Source of the DNA: Chrysomallon squamiferum
Taxonomy: Eukaryota; Animalia; Mollusca
Reading direction: 5' to 3'
Assembly: GCA_012295275.1 (NCBI GenBank)
Contig: CM022665.1
Coordinates: 26,660,001 to 26,724,000 of the forward strand
DNA: 64,000 nucleotides
The notes beneath the pieces were generated by a model, which had not been told where the DNA came from, searched no databases, and was given only the letters and a program-made list of their open reading frames with translations. Positions 39,050 to 53,981 of this stretch are shown here, piece after piece. Position numbers and translations under genes: made by a program. The first letter of the stretch is position 1. Every line of letters begins with the position of its first letter.

Positions 39050-40061
39050 GAAAAGAAAGAAAAAAAAAAAAAAAAAAAAAAAGGAAGACAGATCCTGCCA
39101 AACAATTTGACGTGGTGACGAATAATTTTACAAAATGTTGTTTTATAAGAATTATACCACACACGTTACAAACGCGCTATCGAGAACACATCTTAACATT
39201 ATCAGTTTTTACGCACGCCAATTTTCGAATTCAGCGTGATAAATATTTAGAAATTCAAGAAACGTTGTCCACACAGATATCTTTTCATTTGGCTTCCTGC
39301 ACGTTCAAGTTAGAAAGTTATCTATTTTTATTATAAATAAAAAGCTGGCGTTATTTGTACGAAATTACTAATATTTATATAAAAGAAAAGTGGATATTGA
39401 GGAAACGTTTGTCAGTTTGAAGTTCAAAGAGAACGGGGTTTGTATTTTATTAAAGTGATAAGGGAGAAAAAACACTTGAAATAAAAATAAAAACAGGTTC
39501 GATCATGTAAATGATAAAATAATTTACAGTTACTGTTACTGAGATAAGAACAATAGATCTGTTGATATTTCTAAAAATAAAATAATATACTTTTTAACTC
39601 AGTCGATAAACAAAAACTGAATGAATAAATTAAAAAGAAGAAAGAATAAAAGAAAAAATAATAATAATAATAATTTATAAAATGTTTACTTAGTAAATTT
39701 GGGAGAGGCCAAAAGTTTAATTTTACCCTATTTTTAAAATTTTTACCGAGTTCATTCGAATAAATTTTAATAAATGTTCTTTAAGCATTTTTTTATTTAT
39801 TTATTTATTAATGGAAGAACGGAGAAAAATTAATAGAAGTTTGTTTATGAATGATTTTTCAGAATAAATATTTATAGACTCTCCAACATAAAGAAAATAT
39901 CGTTTCGGATGTTAAAAAGATTATATTATATATACATAAAAAAAAAAAAAAAGAAAGAAAAGTTTAATATTTCACCTACTGGAGAATCTACTAGATAAAA
40001 TAAATAAATTTAAAAAAAATAATAATAATAAAATAAAACAAAATAAAATAAAATAAAATAA

Positions 40062-40120
<59 letters not shown>

Positions 40121-40298
40121 ACAGATATGAATTATTATCTCCATGACAGTGAAATTCTTAAATTACAATTGTCCGCTGAAAAAAATCACGAATGGTCCTA
40201 TATTACATTATTAAACAATAGTATGATTAATTTGTTGAACAACATTTTTTTTTATTGTATATAAATATCTACAAGCATTTATGACGACGACGACGACG

Positions 40299-40365
<67 letters not shown>

Positions 40366-40822
40366 TTTGATAAGTATTTTGTTCTTTAAACTAATCAATA
40401 AAAATTAATATTGGTAACACTTGCTTGCCGAGTATAGTCAATGCTATTTTCTTTTAAAAGCATGAGAACTTGTAGAGGTACAATCCTCATGAATTACTGA
40501 ATATAGTAACATTTAAATATTTTAAGTTACTTCCATCTCGAACATTAGCTTTTAACGTTATTTAACAACAAGCACTGAATTATATTACAGTATTTTAATA
40601 AATAATAATAAATAAGATACATAATATGAAAGAAAAAAAAAATATATATATATAAGATGACCAGCAATAAATAATTATAAATTTATAAATAATGACTGGA
40701 TGATGAGAAATTACTGTGTGTGATTTGTACATAATCCGAAAACACTAAATATATAAGCAGAAGTTAGATCATTTATATATATATATATTTAAAATCTTAT
40801 TATTTATTATTTGAAATAATCA

Positions 40823-40859
<37 letters not shown>

Positions 40860-41417
40860 ACATATATATAAGCAGGTTTGTTCATGTATTATGCATATCC
40901 ACACACACACACACATAATTATTTTTGAATAATAAAAATTAATGAATAAACGTGCAAGAATGCAAACACATATAGGTGCCGACACAAACAGAGAAACACA
41001 GGCTTAAATCGTACATACATGCGCGCGAATTTATCCATACACAATTGAATGAAAATGTGCTCATTTATCAGTGATTTAATCATTAGCATTTTGTTGGGAC
41101 TATTAATTACTACTACGAATAATAATAATAATAATAATAATGACAATAATTTGTGTTATTTATTATTATTTTTATTTTTTTTTAAATTATTATTGCAGAA
41201 AATCGGAATGACATATCTGAGTCGCCGCCCAGAAAACATGTCCACTGCACGGTGTGTCCATCCAACTCGACAAGTTATGCAAGCCACGCCCACTTTGCCT
41301 TTCCTTCAACATTGTCTGCTGTACACGCACTACAACCTCCGCACTACCCTGTTAATGGATCTTCAGATATTCTGCCTGGTAAATTTTAACATTCCCTTTA
41401 ATAAAGTGTCATCGTTA

Positions 41418-41466
<49 letters not shown>

Positions 41467-41479
41467 GTGTGTATGTATG

Positions 41480-41515
<36 letters not shown>

Positions 41516-43633
41516 GCATTTTTATTATTAAAAAATAATTTCTGATCCACTGGATTATTTAGCACAGTATAAAAAATTATTTATTCATTTAGTATATTTT
41601 TAATTTTAAATTTTAATTTTAAATTATATATATTATTAAATTATTTATTTATTACATAATTATTGATAATTTCAATATTTCGTAAATAATTTTTTTTTTT
41701 TATTTTTTTTTTTTTAAAAATTGTTTTATTAATTCTGAATTTCAGTTACATTTATGATAAAATGAGAAGTAAATTTGTATTCTAAAATTAAAAACTTTAT
41801 ATACACTTTATACAGAAATTATTACACAACTGAATTTTAAAGTGACAAGATGACAACACGAATTAGTAAAATGAGTAAAAAGAAGATTTTAAGTAATAAT
41901 AATAAAATTAATAACAGTCATTATAATAATAATAAGAAGAACTGTTATAATGACAACAGTACTAGTAGATGTTGATGTAATAATAATAATAATAATAAAA
42001 ATATATATCAAAGATTCAAACAAAATTAAATACAGTAATTATAAACTCTACTTATAATATGGATATAGAAAAACATTAGCACGTTATAAAGTTGTATTAA
42101 ATTTAGCCAAATTAATACGCCCTAAGTCAGTCGTTGTTAAAGTATGTGGTTTTTTTATTCTTTTATTCTTGAATGGATAATAACTTTATGTATTGTCGTA
42201 ATAGACCGTGCTTCTTTAATAATTTTAATGTCTTTAACTTGTTGTTTTCTTAGTGTCATTTTTCATTTAGTATGTTAATTTTTATTATTTTGTCTTTCTT
42301 TCTTTCTTTCTTTTCTTTTCTTTTTTTTTTTTTTCCTTTATTTATTGTACTCATTCATTCATTCGTTTTTGTACTGACGTAAGTATTCCGAAATACATTA
42401 TGCAGACAAGCTCTCTTTGTCTAAAACAGAAGATATATATATTGATACGGTCACTTATAATCTGGAGAATCTAATTAATAAACCGGATCAATTTCTATTC
42501 GCTGAAAAATTATCCCATTTAAATAACGGTACAATTAACAAACGTGTCAAACAAAGAAACTGAATATGCGTGCTTATCATTAATAATAGTTTAACGAGTA
42601 ACTGTATATATTATAATTTATCTAATAAGTAGGTATGAAGCCAGACAGGTCAGATACACAATATTTAAACTTACAGCATGGTAGTTTATTCAAAAACTAC
42701 GTAGAACTGTTCTTGTTTTGTATTTTTTTTTTTTTCCCCTACTTTTGTTTTAATTTTTATTATTATTATTATTTTTATATATATAAATACATGTCTTTAT
42801 TAATTAATTCATTTATTTTAGTTTATTTCATTTCATTCATTCATTCATTTATTGATTTTTCTTTTTTCTTTGTTTCTTTGTTTTTTGCAATCTAAACATA
42901 AAATTTAGTATTTATATTATTATATCGTTTAAAATCTGTTATCTGCATATAATAATAATAATAGGAATAATAATAATAATAATTATAACAACAACAACAA
43001 CAACAACAGCAACAATAACAACAACAATAATAATGATAGCAATAATGATAATAATAATATTTTTTGCAATATTGTAATATTGTAAAAAAAATATTAAGTA
43101 TTTTTTAATGAATAATATTAGTTTTATTTCATATATTGTTATCATATAACAAAATTTACTGTAGTATTTATTAGGTTTCTGGGAATATTTTAAAACTGAA
43201 ACTAAAATGATTAACGGTTTTTATTTCTTTCTTTTTCTTCTTTTTTTGTAACTTTAAATTTCAGTAAATATATTTGAAATTAGAAGACATTTTCAAAATT
43301 ACACTTATAAATTTATCTCAGTACATAATTTTTCTGAAACAACTATTTAAGAAAGTATATCAATTATAATATAATGGTAAAAACAGTTTAATAAAATTTT
43401 CATTTACAGTTCACTTTTGCTAAGTAATGTGAATGTAAAAAATGTATTTGCATATGCTATTTCATGCACAATTAAGACCTAAATTTATATTAGATATAAA
43501 TATTGTTATTTATATTCATATGTTTAATTCATCTTCCTAATTTAATAAAGATAAGAGTAATGATGATGATGATATTTTTATTCTTTTTTTCCGTACAATT
43601 ATTTACTTTAAATTTAATTTTCATGATGTGTAT

Positions 43634-43672
<39 letters not shown>

Positions 43673-43679
43673 AGTGTGT

Positions 43680-43727
<48 letters not shown>

Positions 43728-44534
43728 AATAATATTTGTTTTTTTCTTGTAATTTTTGGTTAATGGTCCCTATGATTATGATGATTTCTGTCGTCATCAT
43801 TATCACTGTTAAGTTAGTACTTGTATTATTTTATTCGCGGTATATTATTATTCAGTAATCATCATTATTATTTTCACTATTATTATTATCAACATTATCA
43901 TATTGTCATCATCATTATCATCGTTAATATTATTTTCATTATTATTATCAGCATTATCATCAAAATAATCAGCGTAATATATTTTTCTTTCTTATTTATT
44001 ATTTTAAAAAAAAATTACATTATTTATTATTTTATTTTATTTTATTTTTATTTTCATTTTTATTTTATTTTATTTTATTTTATTTTATTTTATTTTATTT
44101 TTATTTTCATTTTTATTTTATTTTATTTCACTATTTTATTTTATTTCATTTCATTATTTTATTTTATTTTATTAATTCATTTGTATATTCATTTTTAACA
44201 TTCCAGGTCCTTACTCAATTCTTAGTTCTGATCATGGTATTACGAGTCAACCAAAACGCAAAAGGTCTTGGTCTAGAGCGGTGTTTTCCAACTTACAAAG
44301 AAAAGGTTTGGAGAAGAGATTTGAAGTTCAGAAATACGTCACAAAACCTGACAGACGTCAGCTAGCCGCCATGTTGGGACTCACAGACGCACAGGTCAGT
44401 AAAACATTACATAATTTTCAAATGCAAATATAAATTAATTAATTAATATTTTTTTTTTATATATATATTTTATTTATTTATTTATTAGTTTATTTATTCG
44501 TTCATTCATTCATTTTATTTTATTTTATTTTATA

Positions 44535-44615
<81 letters not shown>

Positions 44616-47226
44616 TGTTGTTATTATTAATTTCAGGCTGTATATAATTTAATACTGAAACAAACATAAAATATATTTTTAAAAATACTTTTTTCTTTCT
44701 TTTGACTGTAAATAAAAGTAAGTAAGTAAGTAAATAAACAAAATGAAATAAAAAAAAATAAAAGAAATGAACAAAAAATAATCTTGATATATTACTTCTG
44801 TCACTATTACTAATACTACTTTTACTATTACCGTAACAATTACAGGTATGGCTCAGCAACAAAAACCTAAACTGCTAGTACTACAACTACCATTACTACT
44901 AATAACTTTTTACCTTCTCCTTCATATTATAATGTTTACTTTAATGCGAAAGTTTATTATCGTATCAAAATGAGGAAATAACTGCAAATATTTTCACAGA
45001 AATTATTATTGTTGTTATTAATACCACGTTTTTAAAATATTTTATTAAATTTAATTTAATTTTAATTTTATTTATTTATTTTATTTATTTTATTTTTTGT
45101 CTGTGAATTCTAATATTTATAGATTTTAAATTCAATACTTTTGCATAAACAAATATCAATAATACATTTTTAAGGTTGCTTTTGTGTTTTTCCTCAGGTG
45201 TAATGTTTAACAAGAGAATATCTGGAATCTTTTTTCCTTTAAATGAGTAATTCCTTCTAATTAATATACCAAGGCAAATATTAATATAAATTTTGTAATT
45301 TCTATAATCTAGATGAACAAACACGCACATACAATGTGTGTGCGTGTGTGTGTAACCACTTGCACTGTTCTTCAGTACAAAAATATTTGATTTAATTAAT
45401 GTATATTTATATTTTTGTGACGCCTAATAGGTGATGTGTTAGTAAACATTTATTTATTCATTAAATTAAGTTTTAAAATTTAATTTAATTTAATTTAATT
45501 TAACTTCCTTAATTTCCTTTATAGTTCTTACGTCAGTTTTTTATTTATTTATTTTTCTTTTTTAAATTTTATTTATTTTATTTTATTTTATTTTTGAGGC
45601 AGGAAGTCAATAAATATATATTTTTATATTTTATCTTGCAATGTTAACAGGTTAACAGAAGTGCTTAACAACAACAACAAAATATTATAATAATAATAAT
45701 AAATAAATAAAAGCGAACAAAAAACCTTTTTATTATAATAAACAAATAATGAAAGCAATAATAATACAATATTGAAAGATATATATATATATATATAGGT
45801 AGATTTTTTTCATATTAAATTGTATTACTTAAATTTTAAAGAATTAACAGTGAGGTCTAAACTTAAATCTTATATATTTCACTATACCTTTCTTATCCTT
45901 CGCTGTCATCCACTTTCATGAATAAATCTTTATAATAAAGACATCGGGTCATTTGACGTTACAAACTCGGCTTTCCCAAACTTCGTATTAAAGTAGCAAA
46001 TGACAAACTCAAAACTTCGTATTAATATAACAACAACTAAATCTAACTTGGTATTAACGTCGCAAGAAACTAAACCAAATAAATAAATAAATAAATAAAT
46101 ATTAAGATAACAAGTAACTTAATAAACTTGCATATTAACATAGCTAGTGACTTGCTTCAGCTTTATATTAACATTGTAATAATTAACCAAAATTATGTTA
46201 CTAATATTGCGAGTAACTAATTCAAATTTGACACTAACAATACTGTTCATTTTTTGATACTGAAAAAGAGAATGCTTAATTTACCATTAGTTCTAAATTA
46301 TCGATCGAACAGGAAATTAAAAGTTCGTTTTAACTAAAACTTCGTATTAACGTAGCGAATTACTTATTTAAACTTGATGCTGAATTAACTAACACAGACT
46401 TTGTAAATCAAACTGTAAAATGCAGCTACTTCAGTTATGTAACTGAACCAGTTCAAACTTTGTACGTGAAACAAATCCAAACTTTGTATTAATATTACAA
46501 ATAACTAATTTCGTATTAACATAACTAACGCTAACATATTAACGTGTAGCTATATAAAAAAAAATTGTATCAACGTAACAAGAATTTAATTTCATATTAA
46601 AATAACTGACTGTAACATATTAACGTGTAGCTGTATAAAAAGAACTGCACTAACGTAACAAGAATTAATTTCATATTAAAATAACTAACTCTAAAGTATT
46701 CATGGGTTTTCCGGGATGGCGTACTTGAATCTTAATTAAACAGAACTGAGAAAATCAAATGAAACACTTGGCTCCATTCATTCAACAGTCTCGTACAGAA
46801 AGCTGGGGTCACTGTGGACAAGCGAATACTCAACAAACGGAGGTCTGTTAATTGTTGTTGATAAGTAGAGCGTATGTTTGACTTCATAGTGGCTGTTTTG
46901 ACTTGAGAGGGGTTCTGAATTGTAATTGAAATAGTCTCACTGTCGTGTCATATTAATAGTTCTGCTTTACAAGTGATTAACTTTTTAAACACCAGTAAAT
47001 TCATATGTAAATGTAATTGCATGTGACTTTGAATCCCATTTCCTCTGTTACCTCGGTACATGATTTGTATATAAAATGTACAGTTGATATTTTTCGTTTT
47101 CTTTTTTCTGTTTCTCCATTTCTTTATCTGTCATTATGATTCAGACTAGATGTCTTCCTTTTTTCTTATTTTTTTTTTTTTTTCTTTAACTTATTATTTT
47201 TTAAATAATAATAATAATGATAAATG

Positions 47227-47266
<40 letters not shown>

Positions 47267-47991
47267 TAATAATAAATAAATAAATAAATAAATAAATAAT
47301 AGCAATACAAATTTTCACTGCTTTAATGATCCTTTTTAAAATTTTTTTTTTTTTTTTTTTTTTAGTTTTTTTTAAAATTATAAATCTGATTACCTTCCCT
47401 CCACACACACACACTTCAGTAGGTAGCACACATAATTATGGTTACGATTGTTTAACCGTAGCTTTGGTCCACTTCTTTCAAATGATATTTTCCTTTGTTC
47501 TGTAGTGGTAATTTGTCTTAAAACGTAAAATGGTATGTTTTTTCTTGTTTTTGTTTTTTAAGGATTTTGTTTTGGCTGTTTTGGGGAGGTGCTATTTTTT
47601 TTTTTTTTTTTTTTTCTTTCTTTGTTTTCATAATTACGTAACTGTTATCAAAAACAAAAATATTGTGTTGTGTAAGTAATATTAGTATTACGGATCAAAT
47701 AAAATAACTTTCATTATTATTATGAGGTTTTTTTTTTCTTCTCTCCTACAGGTCAAAGTCTGGTTTCAAAACAGACGTATGAAGTGGAGACATGCGCAAC
47801 AGCAGCAAGAAAAGGAGGATGATGAAAAACAAGCAGACGACGAACAAAATGACGATACAAAAAAGGAGAAGATTGACGAGGTCAAAGCCGAATCTAATGA
47901 TTCTGAGCAAGAGCCATCAAATATGGAGGAAAACGAATATTCACCTGAAACTGACCAATCTTACCAAGCAGAAGAGATAAACGTCACGTGA
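35336..47991 (+). CDS. HLX: H2.0-like homeobox protein Hlx (4 exons, about 333 aa)
   Basis: Exons 35336-35729, 41199-41378, 44207-44394 and 47752-47991 with phases 1, 1, 0. The eh1 motif LKFGISRILS, the PGPYSIL motif and the homeodomain [58 protein letters not shown] are Hlx-diagnostic. The C-terminal tail is acidic. Confidence 0.96.
43636..43722. repeat. (GT)n microsatellite in Hlx intron 2
   Basis: Directly visible. Confidence 0.9.
44537..44612. repeat. (ATT)n microsatellite in Hlx intron 3
   Basis: Directly visible. Confidence 0.9.
45868..46695 (+). mobile_element. Dispersed repeat, copy 2 (Helitron-like), in Hlx intron 3
   Basis: The first roughly 290 bp match 27451-27732. Degenerate tandem subrepeats follow (TATTAAC..AACTAA), including an approximately 80-bp unit present twice around 46530-46690. 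Confidence 0.6.
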
Positions 47992-48218
47992 CTTCAAACT
48001 GTCGTAACCATGGATAACTATTAATTCAGGCATACAACAACAAAAAAAAAAAAAAAAAAACGGATTCATTGTTTTCTAGCTTCATATGGGTCACTGTTTG
48101 AGATTCAGAAGAGAATTATTACTTCATAAATACATTTAATAAATAAATCAAATATTTGTAACGATATTTAGATTACTACTAAAATATTTTTGGAAAAATC
48201 AATAAACAAACCAACAAA

Positions 48219-48250
<32 letters not shown>

Positions 48251-48407
48251 AAAATAAAATAAAATAAAATAAAATAAAATAAAATAAAGGTATATTTACA
48301 TATGATAGGTTTCTGAAGATGGTTCCAACATTAAAATTATCATTATTCAGAGGAGTGAAAATGTTAAATTTAAAATTTTGTATTTAATATTATTTTGATA
48401 AAGAAAG

Positions 48408-48438
<31 letters not shown>

Positions 48439-49524
48439 TCGTATTAAATATTATAATTTAAATAATTAAAACTAATTTTTTCTGTCATTCTAACGATATG
48501 GCAAGATTTTAATTTTGTTTATATTGTTTATAAACATCATGAATATTATGACGATTATAATAATAATGATGATTATTATTATTATTATTACACATTTAGT
48601 ATCATATACTACATTTTATTTTTAATATTAAACGAAATAATGTACATACTGCAGTCGAAGAAAATATTTTAAATTATGGTGAATATAAAATATCACCTAA
48701 AGAATAATTATAGCGGAAACGGACAGGAAAACTGTGTTTTCTTAATGCGACTGCATAATCAGTAACGCTATAGTTATATTATTTGATATAGAGTGGTATT
48801 ATTAATGTTAAAAACAATATAATATTTTTTATACATGGATACTTGCAGACATTTTTCGATAAATATTAATTTTATTCCAGTTATTGTTTTTTTATTCGTT
48901 CAGATCATAATTACATACATAATACATAGACAAACACACATACGTATACACCTATTACACACACACACACACACATACATATGTATGTGAGTATATATAT
49001 AAATATGAGCTTGATTAAAAATACATGTAGTTGCCTCACCGTTTTCTTTCTCTTTATTCAAAGCCTTACGAAAAATAGTTCGGGATTAACAACTGAAATA
49101 CTCGAGACAAGTGAATTAAAAAAAAAAAAATTCGAAGCGTTTTTCAGCATCAATAACTGAACTGATTTTAAAATTTTGTTTTTAGAATTCGAGAGTTTTT
49201 AATTGTCTGTGTTCACCCACTGTTAAACGTTATTAAAATTACAGCGTACGTTTCATTTTAAAACATATTAAGAGGCTGGGGAGAAAAGGTGATGGAGCCA
49301 AGATATTCAAGATTTATTAGCCAATTTGAGTTTTTTTAAATATTCTAGTATCTTTAACGATTAAACTGATGTTAGCAAGATTCACAGTGATCATTTATTT
49401 ACTCGCGTAAGAAAACGGTGATATGTTAATATTTTTGGAAACTGTTTATACATTTATTGATGGTTAATTGAAATAATAAAAAAAATTCGTAAACAGTATG
49501 AATTTGATATTGTTGTTGTTGTTG

Positions 49525-49576
<52 letters not shown>

Positions 49577-50447
49577 TTTATTACTTCTACTACTATTATT
49601 ATTACTGTACGTTCTTTCGGTATGAATATAATTAAATTATATATGAAAAGATGCTTTTAATTAACACTTTATTTCAAATTATTTTTATTTAAGAATATAA
49701 TAATAGTAACAATAAACAACAACAATAAAATAATAATAACGATAATAAAAACAAGTTTGATATCCTTCAGATTTATTTATTAAATAGTTTATGTTTTAGT
49801 AACATAATGCATTTAACAAAATACAATACGTAATTTAGAAAATTATTCTTAACAAAGGAATCACTCATCCGTTCGAAACCAATTCAAATAAATAAATAAT
49901 ACCGAAAAAATAAATGTTCTTTTTGTTTTTATTTCAAAGAAAATAATCCACATCTTCCACATTAATTTAACATTTTATACATGCGCTCAAGATTAAAATA
50001 CGTATTTATTGTCCATCTATGCACATTATACATGTACTTATTTAAATATGAAAGGGTGATGAAATTTTAGTTCTTTGTGTAGGTATCTGAGTTTATTTTA
50101 CGACATTAGTTTGCAGTACGACACAGTGTAATAGAATTACTATCACTGTTACTTTTCTACGGACGACCTCAGCCCGTGTTTCTTCCGGAGAAGAATTTGC
50201 CAGGAACTCCGTCAAATTATCTTTGAAGTGTTAACGACGAATCGGGCTGGATGTAAAGTAATTGTTAATGTCGGTGTCAAGCAGTGTTTCGTGGCTCATG
50301 TAAATAGCGGTGGTGAATACGTGTGCGCTAGTTGTAGAGAGGTATCTGTGCACGAATGTGTTAGAGGATATGTAAAATTATGTGTGCGTGTGCGTGTATG
50401 TATTTACAAATGCATGTTCATGCACGTGTGTGTGTGTGTGTGTGTGT

Positions 50448-50702
50448 AGAGTTTATAATTTATGTATATTTGTTTATGTCTGCATATATGTGTATGTGTT
50501 TATACGTGCATTTGTGAGTATATAATGAACATGCGGGTGTACGTATGTGTTTTTATACATGCTTGTGTGTGTGTGTGTGTGTGTGTGTGTAGTGTTTATA
50601 ATTTATGTATATTTGTTTATGTCTGCATATATGTGTATGTGTTTATACGTGCATTTGTGAGTATATAATGAACATGCGGGTGTATGTATGTGTTTTTATA
50701 CA

Positions 50703-50741
<39 letters not shown>

Positions 50742-50860
50742 TGTTTATAATTTATGTATATTTGTTTATGTCTGCATATATGTGTATGTGTTTATACGTG
50801 CATTTGTGAGTATATAATGAACATGCGGGTGTACGTATGTGTTTTTATACATGCTTGTGT
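50448..50860. repeat. Tandem repeat with a unit of about 143-149 bp, roughly 3 copies, each ending in a (GT)n run
   Basis: The unit GTTTATAATTTATGTATATTTGTTTATGTCTGCATATATG...GAACATGCGGGTGTA...(TG)n recurs near 50450, 50594 and 50743. Confidence 0.9.
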
Positions 50861-51071
50861 GTATATATTTGTGTATGCTATGGGTGCACGCTAACACTGA
50901 CTTATCAGAAAATCTGTACAGAACAGGATACGCACTTAGTACAGAAAGACAAAAGTTTTAACTGCCAGGAATTTATCTCTGCTTCGTTGTTTGGGAGTGA
51001 TGATATTGGCAGAATTGCCAAAAAGATTTAAAAATTGTTTTAAAAATTAAAAAAAAAAAATAAATAAAATA

Positions 51072-51111
<40 letters not shown>

Positions 51112-51870
51112 AATAAAAAAAAATAATAATAATAAAAAAAACATGTTTTAACTGCATTACATACGTCGGTTTATTACTATCTGTCACCATCAACAGTGTT
51201 TTTAAATATTTTTGTTTTTGTTTTTGTGTGTACAGGCGTGTAAGTGTCTAGCAAATAATCCAGTACATAGAGGGGGTAATAGTTATAATCTAGAAAGTCG
51301 TTAAAGATACGTTATGGCATGATGACTTTTTAATAAGTTTTAAATTGTACCAGAATCATCATCTGAGAGGAGTAAATTAAACACATATTTGGCTGTATCA
51401 AGATGTCGTCATTAATCTTAAATTTTTTTCATTGAAGATCGTCATTTTATTTCACATCTCACGATTAGAAAATAGAAAAATTTAGGGTTATGTCCTTTCC
51501 ACAATGCGTTTTTAATCTTTTAAGTACCCTACTCTGGTTATTAAATGAGTAATTAAAAGTTCGGTGGTTGTCAAAATGTTTATTATAACAGGAAAATAAA
51601 TGCAAGATGTTGCGCCATTATAGTGATGCGTTTTTTTTTTTTTTTTTTATATATATTTATATAAAAGAAATAAAAACAAAAAGAAATATAAGGAGAAAAT
51701 AACATCTTTATTTATCTGAAAACACACAGTACAGCAATATCATCAATATTTGAAGTTTTATAATGGAAGTTGTAATACTTACCTGGAAATAAATAAACAG
51801 CTAATAAAATAACAATTAATAAATATGATGATGATGCTGATGATTGTGATTATGATGGCGACAATAACAA

Positions 51871-51902
<32 letters not shown>

Positions 51903-52534
51903 CAACTTGGCAATAACACAACAATAATAATAATAATAATAATAAAGAAAAAAAAAAGAAAAAGAAAAAAAAAAAGTGAAGATAATCATAAAAACTGTTT
52001 ATTATCATTCCCCATGCCCAGCGAATAAAATAAACAACAATAATTAACGGTTTTATTTCCAAACGACAGATAAAGTCCAGTTCAAATCTACCAAAGACTG
52101 TATAAAAAAAGAAAAAAAAAGAAAAAAATCCTCTCTTCCACCAAACGCTCATCATTTGCGAGGTGACAGAAAGGATTTGTAAACGGATATCTGAATGTTT
52201 ATTTAAGATATTACCTTGATTAGCTATTAACGAGACCTCTACGATTACGACTCCCATTTCTTCAATTAGACAGGTGCCTTGCTGGGCCGAGCAGTGTCGG
52301 GGCGAGATCTTCGCATCAGTGCCACATGCTGAGGTCGGACAAATTGGATCTGCAATAAACAACTGGCGAGAAACACGGAGGATATGGTTCCGATAAAGAG
52401 ATATTTATGAGGTGGGTGGCATTGGGGGATTGTATAAACAGGTCTGTCGTTCAGCAGAGCCTTATCAGAAGACAAACACAGAGGTGTGTAAACTATCTGA
52501 ACCTTACTGTCAGTGTCACGACTTGACCATCACC

Positions 52535-53225
52535 ATCTTCTTCTTCTTCCATTGCGGTCTCACATTTCTGTATTCACATCTTTCTCTTTCACTGTATTCT
52601 TTCTTTCCTTTCATTTATATATTTTCCGTTGCTTTTCCATCTTTCTTTCTTTCTTTTTCTCAAGTTATTTCCGTCTTTCCTCGTTATTTCTTCTTTCTTT
52701 CTTTTCTTTCCCCTTTCTTCTGCGTATCTTCTATCAACTCTCACCTTTCTTTATTCCAACTTTTTTTTTTTATTACTCTTTCTTTTTCCTCTAGTTATTT
52801 CTAGTCCCTTTTTCTTTATTCTTTGATTTCTCTTCCTTTTCCTATTTTCTCTTTACATTTTGTCTCAGTTTTTTCTTCTTTTCTTTCGACTGTTTCTCAT
52901 TCTGTATTTCTGTCTTTGCATCTTTCGTTTTGACTACATTTCCATATTCTCTTCCTTTATCTCTCTGTTCTTGTTAATACCTCTTTCATTCTTTTTCTCC
53001 TATTTTCTTTCTATCTTTCTATTTCTTTTTTCTTCCGTTCAGTCTTTTTTCTTGTTTCCATTCCCTCATATTTTCGTTTCTCTTAAACAAATTTTTTCTT
53101 TTTTTTAAATTTGTTTTTATTAATTTGTATTCCCCCGTCTTTTACTGTCCTTTATTTCTTCTTCATTTCTCTTTTAATTTGACTTTTCTGGCTTAGCTTT
53201 TTCTCTCTTTTTTTTTTCACTCTTT
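52535..53225. repeat. Polypyrimidine (plus-strand CT-rich) low-complexity tract of about 700 bp
   Basis: Strong C/T strand bias. It is the source of several Phe/Ser/Leu-rich spurious ORFs. Confidence 0.85.
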
Positions 53226-53237
53226 ATTTATTTATTT

Positions 53238-53293
<56 letters not shown>

Positions 53294-53614
53294 TATTATT
53301 ATTATTATTATTTCACTTTTCGCTTGTTATCAAGACATTACAAACATCAAAGGTAATTCTCTAACTCAGGAATGTGAACTTAAAGCTTTGCTTTCTTCAA
53401 AGAGATCCCCCGAGTCGCGATTACAGTGATATATTATTTTATATACAAGTCCTAACTGAAAAATTTCACTATGCTTAACATTTCCAAAATACACTGGGGA
53501 GGTGATTCTTGATAAAATAATAATTACTTACATCGATCATAAATTATAATTAAGAACACTTCTGAGACTTTATATATATATATTTTTAGACTTATTAACG
53601 TGTACCTAACGATA

Positions 53615-53646
<32 letters not shown>

Positions 53647-53935
53647 GCAACTTTGCAGTGATTTACTGGGTAAGTCTATAAAGAATTTTAGAACTTTTCT
53701 GTATACGAAATGAAATAACCACAAAAGGAAAAATGTTAAGTCTTGCAGTTTGGTCGCAAATAATAAATAAAATAATAACTTAGAATAATAATAATAATAA
53801 TAAAGTATCTAATCATTTGGATTACAAGAACGCCACAATTCGCCCTCCATCCTCCAAAAAAAAAAAAATAATAATAATAAAAAAAAAAAAAAAAAAAAAT
53901 GAAATGAAATAAAAGAAAAGAAAAGAAAAGAAAAG

Positions 53936-53981
<46 letters not shown>

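Noticed and set aside
41049-41531. 160-aa ORF overlapping Hlx exon 2
   Set aside because: Wrong frame for the spliced Hlx product and padded by repeats.
45868-46695. CRISPR-like reading of the short recurring AACTTCGTATTAA units
   Set aside because: Eukaryotic intron, degenerate repeats, mutually related spacers and no cas genes.
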